From assembly GCA_963735595.1 (NCBI GenBank), contig CAVTLK010000001.1, positions 576,001 through 640,000 of the forward strand: 64,000 nt of DNA, written 5' to 3'. Numbering within the stretch: position 1 is the first letter of the stretch; each line of letters opens with the position of its first letter. This document shows positions 29,059-39,626 of the stretch, piece by piece. This DNA comes from an uncultured delta proteobacterium (GTDB taxonomy: Bacteria > Desulfobacterota > Zymogenia > Zymogenales > Zymogenaceae). Below the pieces are notes generated by a model that saw nothing but the letters and a program-made list of their open reading frames with translations, ran no database searches and was not told the DNA's origin. Position numbers and translations under genes: made by a program.

Positions 29059-31020
29059 CTACTTTATCTGGAACGAAAGGTCGGCCCCCTTGGCGGCCGC
29101 CTGTTTTGAGGTCAGGTGGATAACCTGCGTCTTGGTGGAAAGCTCCTTAAGAATAGTCAGGACCGTCGCGAGCCGCTTGTCGTCAAACAGGAGGAACGGA
29201 TCGTCGAAGATGATCGGCAGCGCCCTCTTGGCGATGATCGAGCCGATGAGGGCGAACTTGAGCGAAAAGAACATGCTGTCCTTGGCGGCGGGCGACATAC
29301 TCTCAAGCCCCACCCGCATGAGGTTATCTCCTTTCAGGAACTTGATGATACCGTCATTACTGATGCTGGAGCGCGCGTAGTTGTTGTTGGAAAGGGCCTG
29401 AATGTACTTGTCGAAGTTTTTCTGAAGGTCACTCAGCGATTCCATCCGCCCTTTCTGTACCAGCTCCGTCGCGATGGCGATCAGGCGGGAGAAATGGTCT
29501 TCCGGGAAGCGGGAGGGCTTTCTTTCGGCCCCGAATGTCTTGACCGGCCCTGCGCCCCCCTCCTGGTATGGCGCTACCTGGATTCCCTTCTTTTTCAACA
29601 GCGTCTCAACCCTCTTGATCTCGTCCTTCATCTCCTGATGCGTATAACCGAGACCTCCGAGGGATTCCAGCTGGGACTCCAGTTCTCCGATCTTCTTTTT
29701 TATCGCGGCCTCGTCCGCGACGATGGCCTCGTATTTGTGCTCTTTCACGAGATCGCGGTAGCGTTGCTCAAGTGCGTTCTTCTTCGCCTCCGTCTGCTCA
29801 ACGCCGGCAAGTTTCGCCTTGAGGTCTTCGATGTTGCTTGAGCCGAGCGTCCTCATGACGTCTCTGAAGTCTTTCGTCTCGGATTCGAACTTTGCCTGGA
29901 TTTGTCTGATATCCGTATCGGCCTCGTTTATCGTCGACCTGAGGGCCTGGATCTGGTTCTGGGCGTTGATGAACTGCCAGACACCCCAGGCGACCAGCCC
30001 CAGCCCGGCCAGAATGCCAAACGTAATTATCTTAAAGGCTATCGAAATCGGGTTGGAGTATTCGGGTAGAAACGACAGGACGTTACCCTGGAAAAAGTTA
30101 AGAAGAATCCCTCCCAGGGCGATTCCGGCCCCGGGCAGGAGATACTTGTTGTCCTTCATGCTCGGCACGGCGGTATTGCCCAGCTGTGCCTCGGCCTGAC
30201 CCCGTCTGCTCTTGATCTCATTGATCTGGGCGTCCTTTCTCCGCTCTGAGTCGATATACCGGTCCATGCGGCTCTTGATTCCGGCGATATCGCCCAGTGA
30301 CTTGGATCGGTCGAAAAAGGCGTTGATCTCCTGGAGTTTTCCCTCCAGTTCCTTGACTTCCTTTGTCTTGGACTGGATATCATAGAGCTTTCCGTTGAGG
30401 TCATCAAGATCTACCTGAACCTGGTCGATCTCTTTGCCCCGGGAAATCTCCCGCTTGAGTGTTTCAAGCCGCTCCTTGAGGGTTTCCGGGTCTTCGTCGT
30501 CACCGTCGGCGTCTCCCACGGATGCTGAGCCGGACGGGGATGACGAGGCGACCGGTTTCGGAACGGCGCCGATAACCCCGAATGGATTGGAGGAAGGCAG
30601 GTGCAGGAAATCGGAATAAAAGACGCTTGAGTATATCTCTTCGTCAAAAAGGCCGAGCTTATCGGTCAGAAAACCGGCGATCTCCTTTTCGTCCTTGGTG
30701 ACCAGCGCAAAGGTCTTCTTATCCGGAACGTACCGGGCAAGGTTGGAAAGCTTCTGGGAGAAATCCCTGGTAAGCCGGTATACGTCGTTACCCTCTTTGA
30801 CGGTAACGTATGCACGGGATGTACCGGAAAGCTGCCAGTTGACAAAATCGGGGGCCTTGCCGTATACCTCCGGGTAGAACACCGCCATGGCCGCGCGGGC
30901 AAAGGTCGTCTTACCGGTCTCGTTCAGTCCGAAGACGACCGTATATCCCTTATGAAACGAAAACCGGGTAGGTTGAGCAAACCGGCCCACCCCCACGATC
31001 ACCAGGTCCAACAGAATCAT
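29059..31020 (-). CDS. SMC/Rad50-like (YhaN-like) coiled-coil ATPase with two central TM helices
   Basis: Walker A GLNETGKT, long coiled coil, hydrophobic hairpin, degenerate signature MSPAAKD, Walker B IIFDDPF. Confidence 0.82.
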   Translation of the reverse strand: MILLDLVIVGVGRFAQPTRFSFHKGYTVVFGLNETGKTTFARAAMAVFYPEVYGKAPDFVNWQLSGTSRAYVTVKEGNDVYRLTRDFSQKLSNLARYVPDKKTFALVTKDEKEIAGFLTDKLGLFDEEIYSSVFYSDFLHLPSSNPFGVIGAVPKPVASSSPSGSASVGDADGDDEDPETLKERLETLKREISRGKEIDQVQVDLDDLNGKLYDIQSKTKEVKELEGKLQEINAFFDRSKSLGDIAGIKSRMDRYIDSERRKDAQINEIKSRRGQAEAQLGNTAVPSMKDNKYLLPGAGIALGGILLNFFQGNVLSFLPEYSNPISIAFKIITFGILAGLGLVAWGVWQFINAQNQIQALRSTINEADTDIRQIQAKFESETKDFRDVMRTLGSSNIEDLKAKLAGVEQTEAKKNALEQRYRDLVKEHKYEAIVADEAAIKKKIGELESQLESLGGLGYTHQEMKDEIKRVETLLKKKGIQVAPYQEGGAGPVKTFGAERKPSRFPEDHFSRLIAIATELVQKGRMESLSDLQKNFDKYIQALSNNNYARSSISNDGIIKFLKGDNLMRVGLESMSPAAKDSMFFSLKFALIGSIIAKRALPIIFDDPFLLFDDKRLATVLTILKELSTKTQVIHLTSKQAAAKGADLSFQIK

Positions 31021-31050
31021 CGGGTAGACCCCTTAACACTCACGGGTATA

Positions 31051-31398
31051 TTAGAAGTTCCGCAGCTCTTTGATTCTGGCGGCCTTGCCCTTTCTCTGTC
31101 TCAGGTAGTAGAGACGAGCCCGGCGAACCTTACCCCTGGTAATGATATCTATCTTCTCGATAACCGGCGAATGAAGGGGGAAAATCCGCTCCACCCCTAC
31201 CCCGTAGGAGATCTTCCTGACGGTAAACGAGGAACGGGTCAATCCACCGGTTCTTTTGATCACCGTCCCCTCGAATACCTGAATCCGTTCCTTTTCGCCT
31301 TCCTTGATCTTGACGTGGACCTTTACGGTATCCCCTACGCTGAAGCGCGGAATATCCATCCGCATCTGTTCTTTTTCAATTGCTTCCAGTTGATTCAT
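31051..31398 (-). CDS. rplS: 50S ribosomal protein L19
   Basis: [34 protein letters not shown]. Confidence 0.98.
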   Translation of the reverse strand: MNQLEAIEKEQMRMDIPRFSVGDTVKVHVKIKEGEKERIQVFEGTVIKRTGGLTRSSFTVRKISYGVGVERIFPLHSPVIEKIDIITRGKVRRARLYYLRQRKGKAARIKELRNF

Positions 31399-31973
31399 GA
31401 CGTACTCCTCTCGTCTGTTCTTCCTCTGACTCTGTCCAGCACGATGGCCGCCGCCGATCTCACCGAAAGATGCTGATAATCGCCGGGACCTTGTATCGGT
31501 TCAACCATATAAGTGCATAAATCCTTGACTTCTTCCGTCATCCCCCATCCCGTCCCGAAGAGCAACAGGTACGGGGCACGATGCTCCCTGATCATGGTCC
31601 GCAGACTGTCGTAGTCTATCGTATCTTTTCCTGACCGCGCGGACGTCCCAACGATAACCGGCTCTTGTTTTGTTGCCTCGGTAATCCAGTCGATCGCCGA
31701 GGCCAGGCTATCCACGATCGAAATCGTGGTCAGCGCCCTTCCCCGATCGGGGTTATACGAGCCCCCGTACCCAACGGTCCAATGATCCACTATACGCCCA
31801 ACCAGCCGCCTTTGGGACTGCATGGGGGTAATGACAAAATAGCGAGAAACCCCATACGTTGCGGCCGCCCTGGCGATATCATGAATGTCCAGGTTCGTGA
31901 CCGCGGTGGCGACGACCTCTCCCCGCTTATTGGTCACCGGGTAGTGGACGAGGCCGATGAACAACTCACCCAC
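31395..31973 (-). CDS. SPOUT RNA methyltransferase (DUF2168-like)
   Basis: [35 protein letters not shown]; follows trmD. Confidence 0.9.
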   Translation of the reverse strand: MGELFIGLVHYPVTNKRGEVVATAVTNLDIHDIARAAATYGVSRYFVITPMQSQRRLVGRIVDHWTVGYGGSYNPDRGRALTTISIVDSLASAIDWITEATKQEPVIVGTSARSGKDTIDYDSLRTMIREHRAPYLLLFGTGWGMTEEVKDLCTYMVEPIQGPGDYQHLSVRSAAAIVLDRVRGRTDERSTS

Positions 31974-32028
31974 GTTCTACCTTCCGTCCCTTTCCCGTTT
32001 CGGCATTTTTGCCGGCAGAACGCACGCC

Positions 32029-32838
32029 TCAGGAACGTTTTGGCGATTTTTTCCCGCTGGGCGCTCTGCGCCCCTCTCTATTTTCGGGGGCGGCGATTAA
32101 TTGATCGGCCGCCTTCAAATGATCGACTATCTTTCGCTCCGTTTCGGTGAGCATGCCCTCCTCAATGAGGTCCGGTCTTCGAAGAACCGTCCGAAGGATC
32201 GATTGGTTCAACCGCCAATCGTCGATCTTGGCGTGGTCGCCCGAAACCAGCACCGGGGGGACGGACATACCCAGGTAGTGCTGTGGCCGCGTATACTGGG
32301 GATACTTGAGAAACCTCCCGTAGAACGTATCCCCTGAGACCGATTCTTTATTGCCCACTACTCCCGGAATTTGTCGGGAAAGCGCCTCGATGATCACGAG
32401 CGCGGCGGCTTCGCCGCCCGACAGCACATAGTCGCCGATCGACAACTCCTCGTCCACAAGCCGCTCGGACACCCGCTCGTCCACCCCCTCGTACCTGCCG
32501 CATATAAAGGCGATCCTTCGGTAGCCGGCCAACTCTATCGCCTTTTCCTGATCGAACCGAGCCCCCTGAGGTGACAGGAGGATGATCCGCGGTTTATATC
32601 CATCCCCCTCCTGGATGTGCCGGATCGCGCGAAAGATCGGCTCAGGTTTCATGACCATCCCGGCGCCTCCCCCGAAGGGGTAATCATCAACCTGACTGTG
32701 GCGACTGGCTGAAAAACGCCTGATATCCACGAGCCGTATAGAGATCAGGCCGGCATCGATGGCCTTCTGTATCACCCCGATCCGAAACGGGGATTCGAAG
32801 TAATCGGGGAAGATGGTCAGTATATCAATGAGTCTCAT
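32029..32838 (-). CDS. trmD: tRNA (guanine-37-N1) methyltransferase
   Basis: VDDYPFGGGAGMVM, CGRYEGVDER, SIGDYVLSGGE, YPQYTRP. Confidence 0.97.
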   Translation of the reverse strand: MRLIDILTIFPDYFESPFRIGVIQKAIDAGLISIRLVDIRRFSASRHSQVDDYPFGGGAGMVMKPEPIFRAIRHIQEGDGYKPRIILLSPQGARFDQEKAIELAGYRRIAFICGRYEGVDERVSERLVDEELSIGDYVLSGGEAAALVIIEALSRQIPGVVGNKESVSGDTFYGRFLKYPQYTRPQHYLGMSVPPVLVSGDHAKIDDWRLNQSILRTVLRRPDLIEEGMLTETERKIVDHLKAADQLIAAPENREGRRAPSGKKSPKRS

Positions 32839-33347
32839 GGACTACCGGTACGAACAACGGATCGATGACCATCTTACGCTCCGGGACGTTTACCTCCAAG
32901 ACCGCGTCGAACGTGCCCGGAATCAAGATCTCCACCCCCGTTGATCCCTCGACGACAAAAACGTCGTTGGCTCCGGTGGGGAGAATAGAGGTTATTATTC
33001 CATAATACGTTCCCGTTGAATCGTAAACTCCCATCCCGATGAGGTCGTACCAGTAAAACTCGTCTTCTTCCGTATCGGGCAGGTCTTCCCGATTGACAAC
33101 GATCCGGCTGCCGATCAGATCCTCGGCCTGCTCCCGTGTATGGATTCCCTCAAGCCTCAGGGTAACGAGCTTACCCATTGGACTTGCGTCTCGAATTGAT
33201 ACTTCGATGACGGTTCCCATCGGCCGACACGAGAAAAACCCGGGCGGCCCTGGTAAAGCTCTCCGGTGAATCGGCAAAGCTCCTGACCTTGACCGAACCG
33301 TTTAGCCCGTGGGGCTTTACGATTTCCCCGAGGATTATCTCCTTCAT
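32825..33347 (-). CDS. rimM: Ribosome maturation factor RimM (frameshifted)
   Basis: True start MKEIILGEIVKPHGLNGSVKV at 33347; C-terminal EFYWYDLIG, TGANDV in another frame. Confidence 0.92.
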
Positions 33348-33349
33348 CC

Positions 33350-33589
33350 CTATTCGAGGATTTCGAGAACCGCCCTTTTATTGATCTTCGTGGATGCCGC
33401 CGAAAGGATGGTTCTCATAGCCCGCGCGGTGCGGCCCTGCTTCCCGATCACCTTACCCAGGTCTTCCTTGGCGACCTTGAGTTCGATGACCGATGTCTGT
33501 TCACCTTCTACTTCTGTTACCTCAACCTTATCGGGGTTGTCGACGAGGGCCTGAGCAATATACTTAATAAGCTCTTTCATCGCCATCAT
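33350..33589 (-). CDS. khpA: KH-domain RNA-binding protein KhpA
   Basis: [23 protein letters not shown]; between rpsP and rimM. Confidence 0.93.
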   Translation of the reverse strand: MMAMKELIKYIAQALVDNPDKVEVTEVEGEQTSVIELKVAKEDLGKVIGKQGRTARAMRTILSAASTKINKRAVLEILE

Positions 33590-33634
33590 AGCTATCACCT
33601 CCAGTGTCAGCCTCACAACGGTAATACACGATGT

Positions 33635-33898
33635 CTACTCGGGTTTTGGTCCGTTAGCCGTTATCCCCTCATTCTTGAGGATGTTTCGTACGGTGCCGGT
33701 TACCTGGGCCCCACGGGTGAGCCACTCTCTGATCTTGTCTTCCTTAACCGTAACAGTGGCAGGTTCCGTCAGCGGGTTATACGTACCGACTATCTCCAAA
33801 AAACGGCCCCCCCTCGGTGCTTCGCTATTCGCAACCACGATTCGATAGAATGGTTTCTTTTTCGCTCCGGTTCGCTGTAGTCTGATTTTTACAGGCAT
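33635..33898 (-). CDS. rpsP: 30S ribosomal protein S16
   Basis: [24 protein letters not shown]. Confidence 0.98.
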   Translation of the reverse strand: MPVKIRLQRTGAKKKPFYRIVVANSEAPRGGRFLEIVGTYNPLTEPATVTVKEDKIREWLTRGAQVTGTVRNILKNEGITANGPKPE

Positions 33899-33907
33899 GT
33901 TCGATCA

Positions 33908-35254
33908 TCACCCCCTTACATGGGGAAGGGTAGATCCGCCCCTTCCGAATTGCTTTAAACCGCCCTTGGACAGTTTCTTTAACATCTTGCGAGCGGCACT
34001 GTACTTCTTCAACAGCTTATTGACATCCTCAACTCGCGTGCCGCTGCCTGTGGCGATCCTTTTTCTCCTGCTTCCATTGATGATGGAATGGTTATCCCGC
34101 TCTTTCCTGGTCATCGAGTTTATGATCGCCTCTATCTTCTTGAGCTCGTGTTCCGCCTCACGATAATCGACCTTCGATGAAAGGCCTTTCATCCCCGGCA
34201 ACATTCCGAGGATCCCCTCCAGCGAGCCCATCTTCTTGATGCCTTTTATCTGCTCCAGAAAATCGTCAAGAGAAAAGTCTCCCTTTTTGATCTTCTTTTC
34301 GAGAGCCCTGGCCGTTTTCTCGTCAACTGCGCTCTGGGCCTTTTCCACCAGCCCGACGATATCCCCCATCCCGAGAATCCGGGTGGCCATTCGCCCCGGC
34401 TCAAAGGGGACAAAATCCTCCAGCTTCTCGCCCATACCGACGAACTTTATCGGCGCCCCGGAGACCGCCTTGATCGAGAGCGCTGCGCCTCCCCGTGTAT
34501 CCCCGTCGAGCTTGGTCAGGATTACCCCGGTAAGGCCGAGCGTCTCATGGAACTTGGACGCCACGGTAACGGCATCCTGCCCCGACATGGAATCGGCCAC
34601 CAAGAGCACCTCCCGCGGGGCGATAGCCCGTTTGAGGGCAGCAAGCTCGTCCATCAGTTGTTCTTCGACGACGAGCCTTCCAGCGGTGTCTATGATAACG
34701 GTATCGATCCCTTTCTTGGAGGCGTAAGAAAGCGCATCTGCACATATCCTGCTCGGGTTTTGTTCGTTCTCACTCGAAAAGACCTCGGTACCGATGCGCT
34801 GGCCGATCGAGAGCAACTGGTCACGCGCCGCCGGCCTCCTGGTATCCGCCGCAACCATGAGGACCTTCCGGTTCTTCCCCGACAGGTGCAGGGCAAGCTT
34901 GCCCGCCGTAGTCGTCTTACCGGACCCGACCAATCCCACCAGCATGATGACCGCAGGGCTCGGTCCCGAGAGAACCAGGCCTTGTGCCTCGGCGCCGAGA
35001 AGGCTCACAAGCTGGTCGTGGACGATCTTGATAAACTGCTGGCCGGGTGTTATCCGCGGCGCCACCTCCGTACCGAGGGCTTCTTCCCGGACGGAAGATA
35101 TAAACGATTTGACGATCTTGAAATTTACGTCGGCTTCCAGCAGGGCCAACCGGATATCTCTGAGGGCCTCCGAAATATTTTCTTCCGACAGTCGTGCGCG
35201 TCCTCTGACCTTGGAGAAGACTGCGTTGAACTTTTCGGAGATGGCGTCAAACAA
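33908..35254 (-). CDS. ffh: Signal recognition particle protein Ffh
   Basis: ALLEADV, GSGKTT, DTAGR, TKLDGDTRGG, M domain RILGMGD. Confidence 0.97.
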   Translation of the reverse strand: MFDAISEKFNAVFSKVRGRARLSEENISEALRDIRLALLEADVNFKIVKSFISSVREEALGTEVAPRITPGQQFIKIVHDQLVSLLGAEAQGLVLSGPSPAVIMLVGLVGSGKTTTAGKLALHLSGKNRKVLMVAADTRRPAARDQLLSIGQRIGTEVFSSENEQNPSRICADALSYASKKGIDTVIIDTAGRLVVEEQLMDELAALKRAIAPREVLLVADSMSGQDAVTVASKFHETLGLTGVILTKLDGDTRGGAALSIKAVSGAPIKFVGMGEKLEDFVPFEPGRMATRILGMGDIVGLVEKAQSAVDEKTARALEKKIKKGDFSLDDFLEQIKGIKKMGSLEGILGMLPGMKGLSSKVDYREAEHELKKIEAIINSMTRKERDNHSIINGSRRKRIATGSGTRVEDVNKLLKKYSAARKMLKKLSKGGLKQFGRGGSTLPHVRG

Positions 35255-35353
35255 GCGGTTACCCCGGAATTACGTAATAAAAAAAAGGCCCCTTATATTA
35301 CATATAATATATTTTTTCTTTTGTCAAGTATATGTTTTTCTTGCACATACCTG

Positions 35354-36031
35354 TCATCGGTCCGTGCCGGTATCGTCATTCTTTTTCGCGGCCGACTCCG
35401 CCTTCGCCTCCATCCCGAAAATGTAGGATGCAATCAGGAGAAAATAGAACGCCGGTATCATGGCAAAGAAGTGACCGAGCGGTAAAGAGATGACTAAAAG
35501 CATCGCCGCCACGAACAAGAAGCCGATAGCCCATACGCAGAGTGATCTGATTACGTAGGTAGTGGCATAGTCCCTCACGGCAATCAAAACATCCTCAAAC
35601 CGCAGGGCGGCCCGAAAGGAGCCGCCGGCGCGAATCATAAACAGGACGGCCATTGGGACAATAAATGCCGACGAGAGAAAGAGGATTGCGCTCAGTATAA
35701 GGAACACAAAGCCGATGTTCACGGCAATTACGTGGGGAATGACGAGGATGAAAAACAGGCCGAGCGAAAATGGAACGAGTGATACCAACCCGTATACGAA
35801 AAATATTCCCAGACCTTTAATCCCCAGCAGCAGGAGCCCGATAAAATCCTCCCACCGGCCGATCTCCGTAGCCCCTTCCATGACATCCCGGGTGCTTCGT
35901 ATCGCGTATCCCGCGGCGCTGAGACTGCCCAGGAGCGGGACCAGGCTTATCGCGCAGCCCAGGAGGAACCGCTTCGGGTACTTTTCCCCGATAAAGGGAT
36001 ATTTGAACGCACAGACTATTTCAGACCACAT
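35354..36031 (-). CDS. DUF4013-like membrane protein
   Basis: AFKYPF N-terminus, GY motif, about 5 hydrophobic helices. Confidence 0.7.
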   Translation of the reverse strand: MWSEIVCAFKYPFIGEKYPKRFLLGCAISLVPLLGSLSAAGYAIRSTRDVMEGATEIGRWEDFIGLLLLGIKGLGIFFVYGLVSLVPFSLGLFFILVIPHVIAVNIGFVFLILSAILFLSSAFIVPMAVLFMIRAGGSFRAALRFEDVLIAVRDYATTYVIRSLCVWAIGFLFVAAMLLVISLPLGHFFAMIPAFYFLLIASYIFGMEAKAESAAKKNDDTGTDR

Positions 36032-36039
36032 ATCTACTC

Positions 36040-36083
36040 AAATACGAAAGAGGTCGGCCCCTGCCACTTCACCTGCCGACCTC
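36040..36083 (-). terminator. Intrinsic terminator-like hairpin
   Basis: GAGGTCGGC...GCCGACCTC 9-bp stem then TTTCGTATTT. Confidence 0.6.
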
Positions 36084-36257
36084 GTTAATTTATAAATCGT
36101 AAATACTGTATCGCCCCGCCCCCAACCGTTTCCTCATGCGCGTCGCTTCCGCGCAGCTTTCCCGCCTTACCCTGCCTGGCTTACCCCTGCCCCCTGCCCG
36201 TGCAATCCATCCTCGGCCGCCGCTCTCCTTGCCTGCCGCAGTCAAAAGCAGGAAATT
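36040..36257 (-). ncRNA. Candidate sRNA or leader RNA with GGCAGG repeats
   Basis: Sigma70 promoter upstream, six GGCAGG copies, ends in a GC stem with U-rich tail; no credible ORF. Confidence 0.45.
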
Positions 36258-36263
36258 CTTTTG

Positions 36264-36292
36264 ACAATACCGTTGCATCGGCTAATTGTCAA
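36264..36292 (-). promoter_or_regulatory. Sigma70 promoter
   Basis: TTGACA-17 nt-TATTGT, within the inverted repeat TTGACAAT-16-ATTGTCAA. Confidence 0.6.
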
Positions 36293-36319
36293 GGTAAAAG
36301 AATCGCTCGTATCGTGCCC

Positions 36320-36763
36320 TCACAGGGTATAGAGTTTCCGCTCCGAAATCAGATGTACCCAGTTTTGTGTCAGGATCGCTAGAGCCTCGTCGATCTTATC
36401 CACCCCGAGGATCAGTATGGCGTTGTCCTTGATCCGTCCGATATAGGGATAGAGGTAATGGACATTGATCTGGGCGTCCCTCAGCGGCCTGAGCACGGCA
36501 TTGAGCCCTCCCGGGTGATCCGGGGTTTCTACGGCCAGCACCTCTCGCTGCCGGATGTTATACCCCTTGCTCTCAAGGACCAGTATCGCCTTGGCGGGAT
36601 CGTCCACGATCATCCTTACCGTCGTGAGGTCGGACGTGTCGGCCACCGTAATGGCCCGGATATTGATTCCCTCCGCTCCGAGGACGTCCGAGAGGCCGGA
36701 AAGCTTACCGGGGATATTTTCCATGACCACCGAGATCTGTTTGATTCGCATATTTTTCGTCAT
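36320..36763 (-). CDS. Tandem ACT-domain protein
   Basis: QISVVMENIPGKL, INIRA, DHPGGL, INVHYLY. Confidence 0.9.
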   Translation of the reverse strand: MTKNMRIKQISVVMENIPGKLSGLSDVLGAEGINIRAITVADTSDLTTVRMIVDDPAKAILVLESKGYNIRQREVLAVETPDHPGGLNAVLRPLRDAQINVHYLYPYIGRIKDNAILILGVDKIDEALAILTQNWVHLISERKLYTL

Positions 36764-36777
36764 TAATTAGCTACCTG

Positions 36778-38073
36778 CTACAGGATTTCAAAACCTTTTC
36801 TCAGTGCGTCGGCGTTCATGTCGATGACTTTTTTCTTCCCCTCGAAGATTTCTCCGAGGCCCGCGACCAGGTTATCGAGGGTGACCAAACCGGTCGTTCG
36901 CACAAATGCCCCGAGCATCACCATATTGGCCGTCCTCATATCGCCTAACTCCTCGGCGACCCTGCCTGCATCGATATTCACAACCTGGATATCCTGGCGG
37001 ATCGGCACCTGGTCGATCATCGTCGTATTGATGAACAGGATTCCGCCCGATTGGAGCTTGTTCTCGAAGGCCTGGAGTGACGGCTTATTCATCACGACGG
37101 CGTAATCGGGTGACGAAGCGATGGGAGACGCAATTTCCTCATCGGATATCGCCACCGTGCAGTTGGCGGTCCCTCCCCTTACTTCCGCACCGTAAGACGG
37201 GAGATACGTCACCTCCCTGTCCTCCCGCATGGCCGCCACGGCAAATGCATAGCCCATCATGAGGACGCCCTGACCGCCGAAACCGGAAAATACCGTCTTA
37301 ATCAGCATCGGACGGCCTCCTTTCGGCGTGACGCCTTTAGTGGTGTCCTTGATGACCCCGATCGGGTATTCCTTGCTCATTACTTCGTCGATCCACTTGC
37401 AGGAGGCCAGCGCCGTCATCTTCCAGTTCGTGGGACAGGGGGAAAGTACCTCCACGAGAGAGAAGCCCAGGCCTTCCTGCTGGATGGTGAATGCCTTCTT
37501 GATGGCCTTCTTTGTCGCCCTGATGCCGGAAACCGAACTCACCGAGGTTCGCTCGACATAGACGGCTCCAGGCAACACCGCCAGCATCTCGCTTATCTTG
37601 AGGGGCGAGCCCTCCCTGTCGATGTCTCTTCCGAAGGGCGACGTCGTTGTCTTCTGCCCCAGGATGGTGGTGGGGGCCATCTGGCCTCCAGTCATCCCGT
37701 AGACGGCGTTGTTCATAAACACGGTGGAGATCCGCTCTCCCCGGTTTGCGGCGTGGACCGTTTCGGCGGTCCCGATTGCCGCCAGGTCTCCGTCGCCCTG
37801 GTAGGTAAAAACGAGGCGGTCGGGCAAAACCCGCTTGATCCCCGTCGCCACGGCAACGGCGCGCCCGTGGGCGGACTCGGTGGTATCTACGTCGAGGTAG
37901 TTATAGGTTAGGACCGCGCATCCGGCCGGCGGGACGCATATCGTAATGTCAGCCACGTTCATCTGTTCGATGATCTCGGCGATCAGTTTGGTAACGATAC
38001 TGTGGCCGCACCCCGGGCAGTAGTGCATGGGGACGGGTTTCAGGTATTTCGGGCGGGCATAGACCTTCTTCAT
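36778..38073 (-). CDS. 2-oxoacid:ferredoxin oxidoreductase beta subunit read in frame into the gamma subunit (gamma starts at 37308)
   Basis: YCPGCGH, QGDGD TPP motif, GMTGGQ; then GFGGQG, SYGAEVRGG. Confidence 0.9.
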   Translation of the reverse strand: MKKVYARPKYLKPVPMHYCPGCGHSIVTKLIAEIIEQMNVADITICVPPAGCAVLTYNYLDVDTTESAHGRAVAVATGIKRVLPDRLVFTYQGDGDLAAIGTAETVHAANRGERISTVFMNNAVYGMTGGQMAPTTILGQKTTTSPFGRDIDREGSPLKISEMLAVLPGAVYVERTSVSSVSGIRATKKAIKKAFTIQQEGLGFSLVEVLSPCPTNWKMTALASCKWIDEVMSKEYPIGVIKDTTKGVTPKGGRPMLIKTVFSGFGGQGVLMMGYAFAVAAMREDREVTYLPSYGAEVRGGTANCTVAISDEEIASPIASSPDYAVVMNKPSLQAFENKLQSGGILFINTTMIDQVPIRQDIQVVNIDAGRVAEELGDMRTANMVMLGAFVRTTGLVTLDNLVAGLGEIFEGKKKVIDMNADALRKGFEIL

Positions 38074-39152
38074 TTAGATCAACCCCTTCTGGTAATACTG
38101 CCGGGTGATGAGACGCTGCACCTCTACGGGCGTCGGGACGACCCCACCGGGACGGCCGTAGAAGTAGATCTCGGATTCGCCGTTGAGGGCAAGCCGTACG
38201 TCCTCTACCATCTGGCCGGCGCTCATCTCGAATACAAAGAAGAGCCCGACTGTGGCAGCCCGGCGGCTTATCACCTCCGAGGGAAACGGCCAGACGGTGA
38301 TCGGCCTGATCAGCCCCACCCGCATTCCCTCGCTCCTGGCCCGTTTAACCGCCCCCTTGGCAATGCGCGCCGCCGTCCCGTAGGCTATCACCGCCACCTT
38401 GGCGTCATCCATCATGAATTCTTCGTACTTCGTCTCGTTCTTTTCGATGATATGGTACTTACGCGAGAGCTTCCAGTTGAATTCCTCCATCTCGTGAGGA
38501 TTGAGAATGAGGGATTTAACGATACGGGAGGGTCTGCCTTTGGCCCCATTCAGGATGTAGTCCTTCGGGGGAATCTCTCGAGGCTTGTAGGTATCGTACG
38601 TCACCGGCTCCATCATCTGGCCGAGCATCCCGTCGGCAAGGATCATGACGGGATTACGGTAAACGTCGGCGACGTCAAATGCCTCCATCGTCAGATCGGC
38701 CAGTTCCTGGCAGGAGGCGGGGGCATAGACGACCGAACGATAGTCGCCGTGACCGCCGCCCCGGGTGGCCTGAAAATAGTCGGATTGGGCAGGAGATATG
38801 TTGCCGAGATCCGGGCCCTCCCACGCGCCATGTTCACGATGACACACGGCAGCTCGCATCCGGCCAGAAATGAGATCCCTTCCTGCTTGAGGCTGATGCC
38901 GGGGCTCGAGGATGAGGTCATTACCCGGGCCCCCGCGACTGAAGCGCCCAGTGCCATGTTGATGGCCGAGATCTCGCTCTCCGACTGAATAAAGACGCCG
39001 CCGGTCTCGACAAGCCTCCGCGACATGTATTCGGGAAGCTGGTTCTGCGGGGTGATGGGATAGCCGAAGTAGCAGGTGCATCCCGCCTTGATGGCGGCCT
39101 CGCCGACAACGGCGTTTCCCCGCATCAGTTTTTTGTCTTTATTTCTCGTCAC
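38074..39152 (-). CDS. 2-oxoacid:ferredoxin oxidoreductase alpha subunit (VOR type); frameshift at about 38820
   Basis: [19 protein letters not shown]; continues [23 protein letters not shown] in another frame. Confidence 0.9.
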
Positions 39153-39360
39153 GGTAGACCTCTATAGCCGCTTCTGGACAGGAAACCGCACAAAGGGTGC
39201 AGGCCGTGCACCCTGTATCGTCGGACGGCTTGAATTCCGCGGGGTAATAACCCTTTGTATTAAGCCGGGTCGCCCCCGTAATGAGATCGTTTGGGCATGC
39301 CTCCACGCAATAGAGACACCCCTTACACAGTTCGATATCGATGATGATCTTTCCTTTCAC
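39139..39360 (-). CDS. 2[4Fe-4S] ferredoxin / oxidoreductase delta subunit
   Basis: [12 protein letters not shown] and [12 protein letters not shown]. Confidence 0.93.
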   Translation of the reverse strand: MKGKIIIDIELCKGCLYCVEACPNDLITGATRLNTKGYYPAEFKPSDDTGCTACTLCAVSCPEAAIEVYRDEK

Positions 39361-39626
39361 GGCATGTCCAAAAATTGTGTAATTAAACATTTTAAATGAT
39401 TTCAAATAATTATGTCAAGCATTTTTTCCCTTTTTATACGGTTTTACCGCAGACTACCCACGATCCCCCCCGTAGTCTACAACACCCGTTTCCGCTATAT
39501 GCGGCCGGTTGTGTCCCTCATCCTGAGCAACACGATCAGGCGCGAATTCCTTCCCTCCTTGCTTTTCTGCGGTTTTCGTACTATCATGAGATAGCTGACA
39601 ATAACCCCTCGGAGAGACGGACTGCC

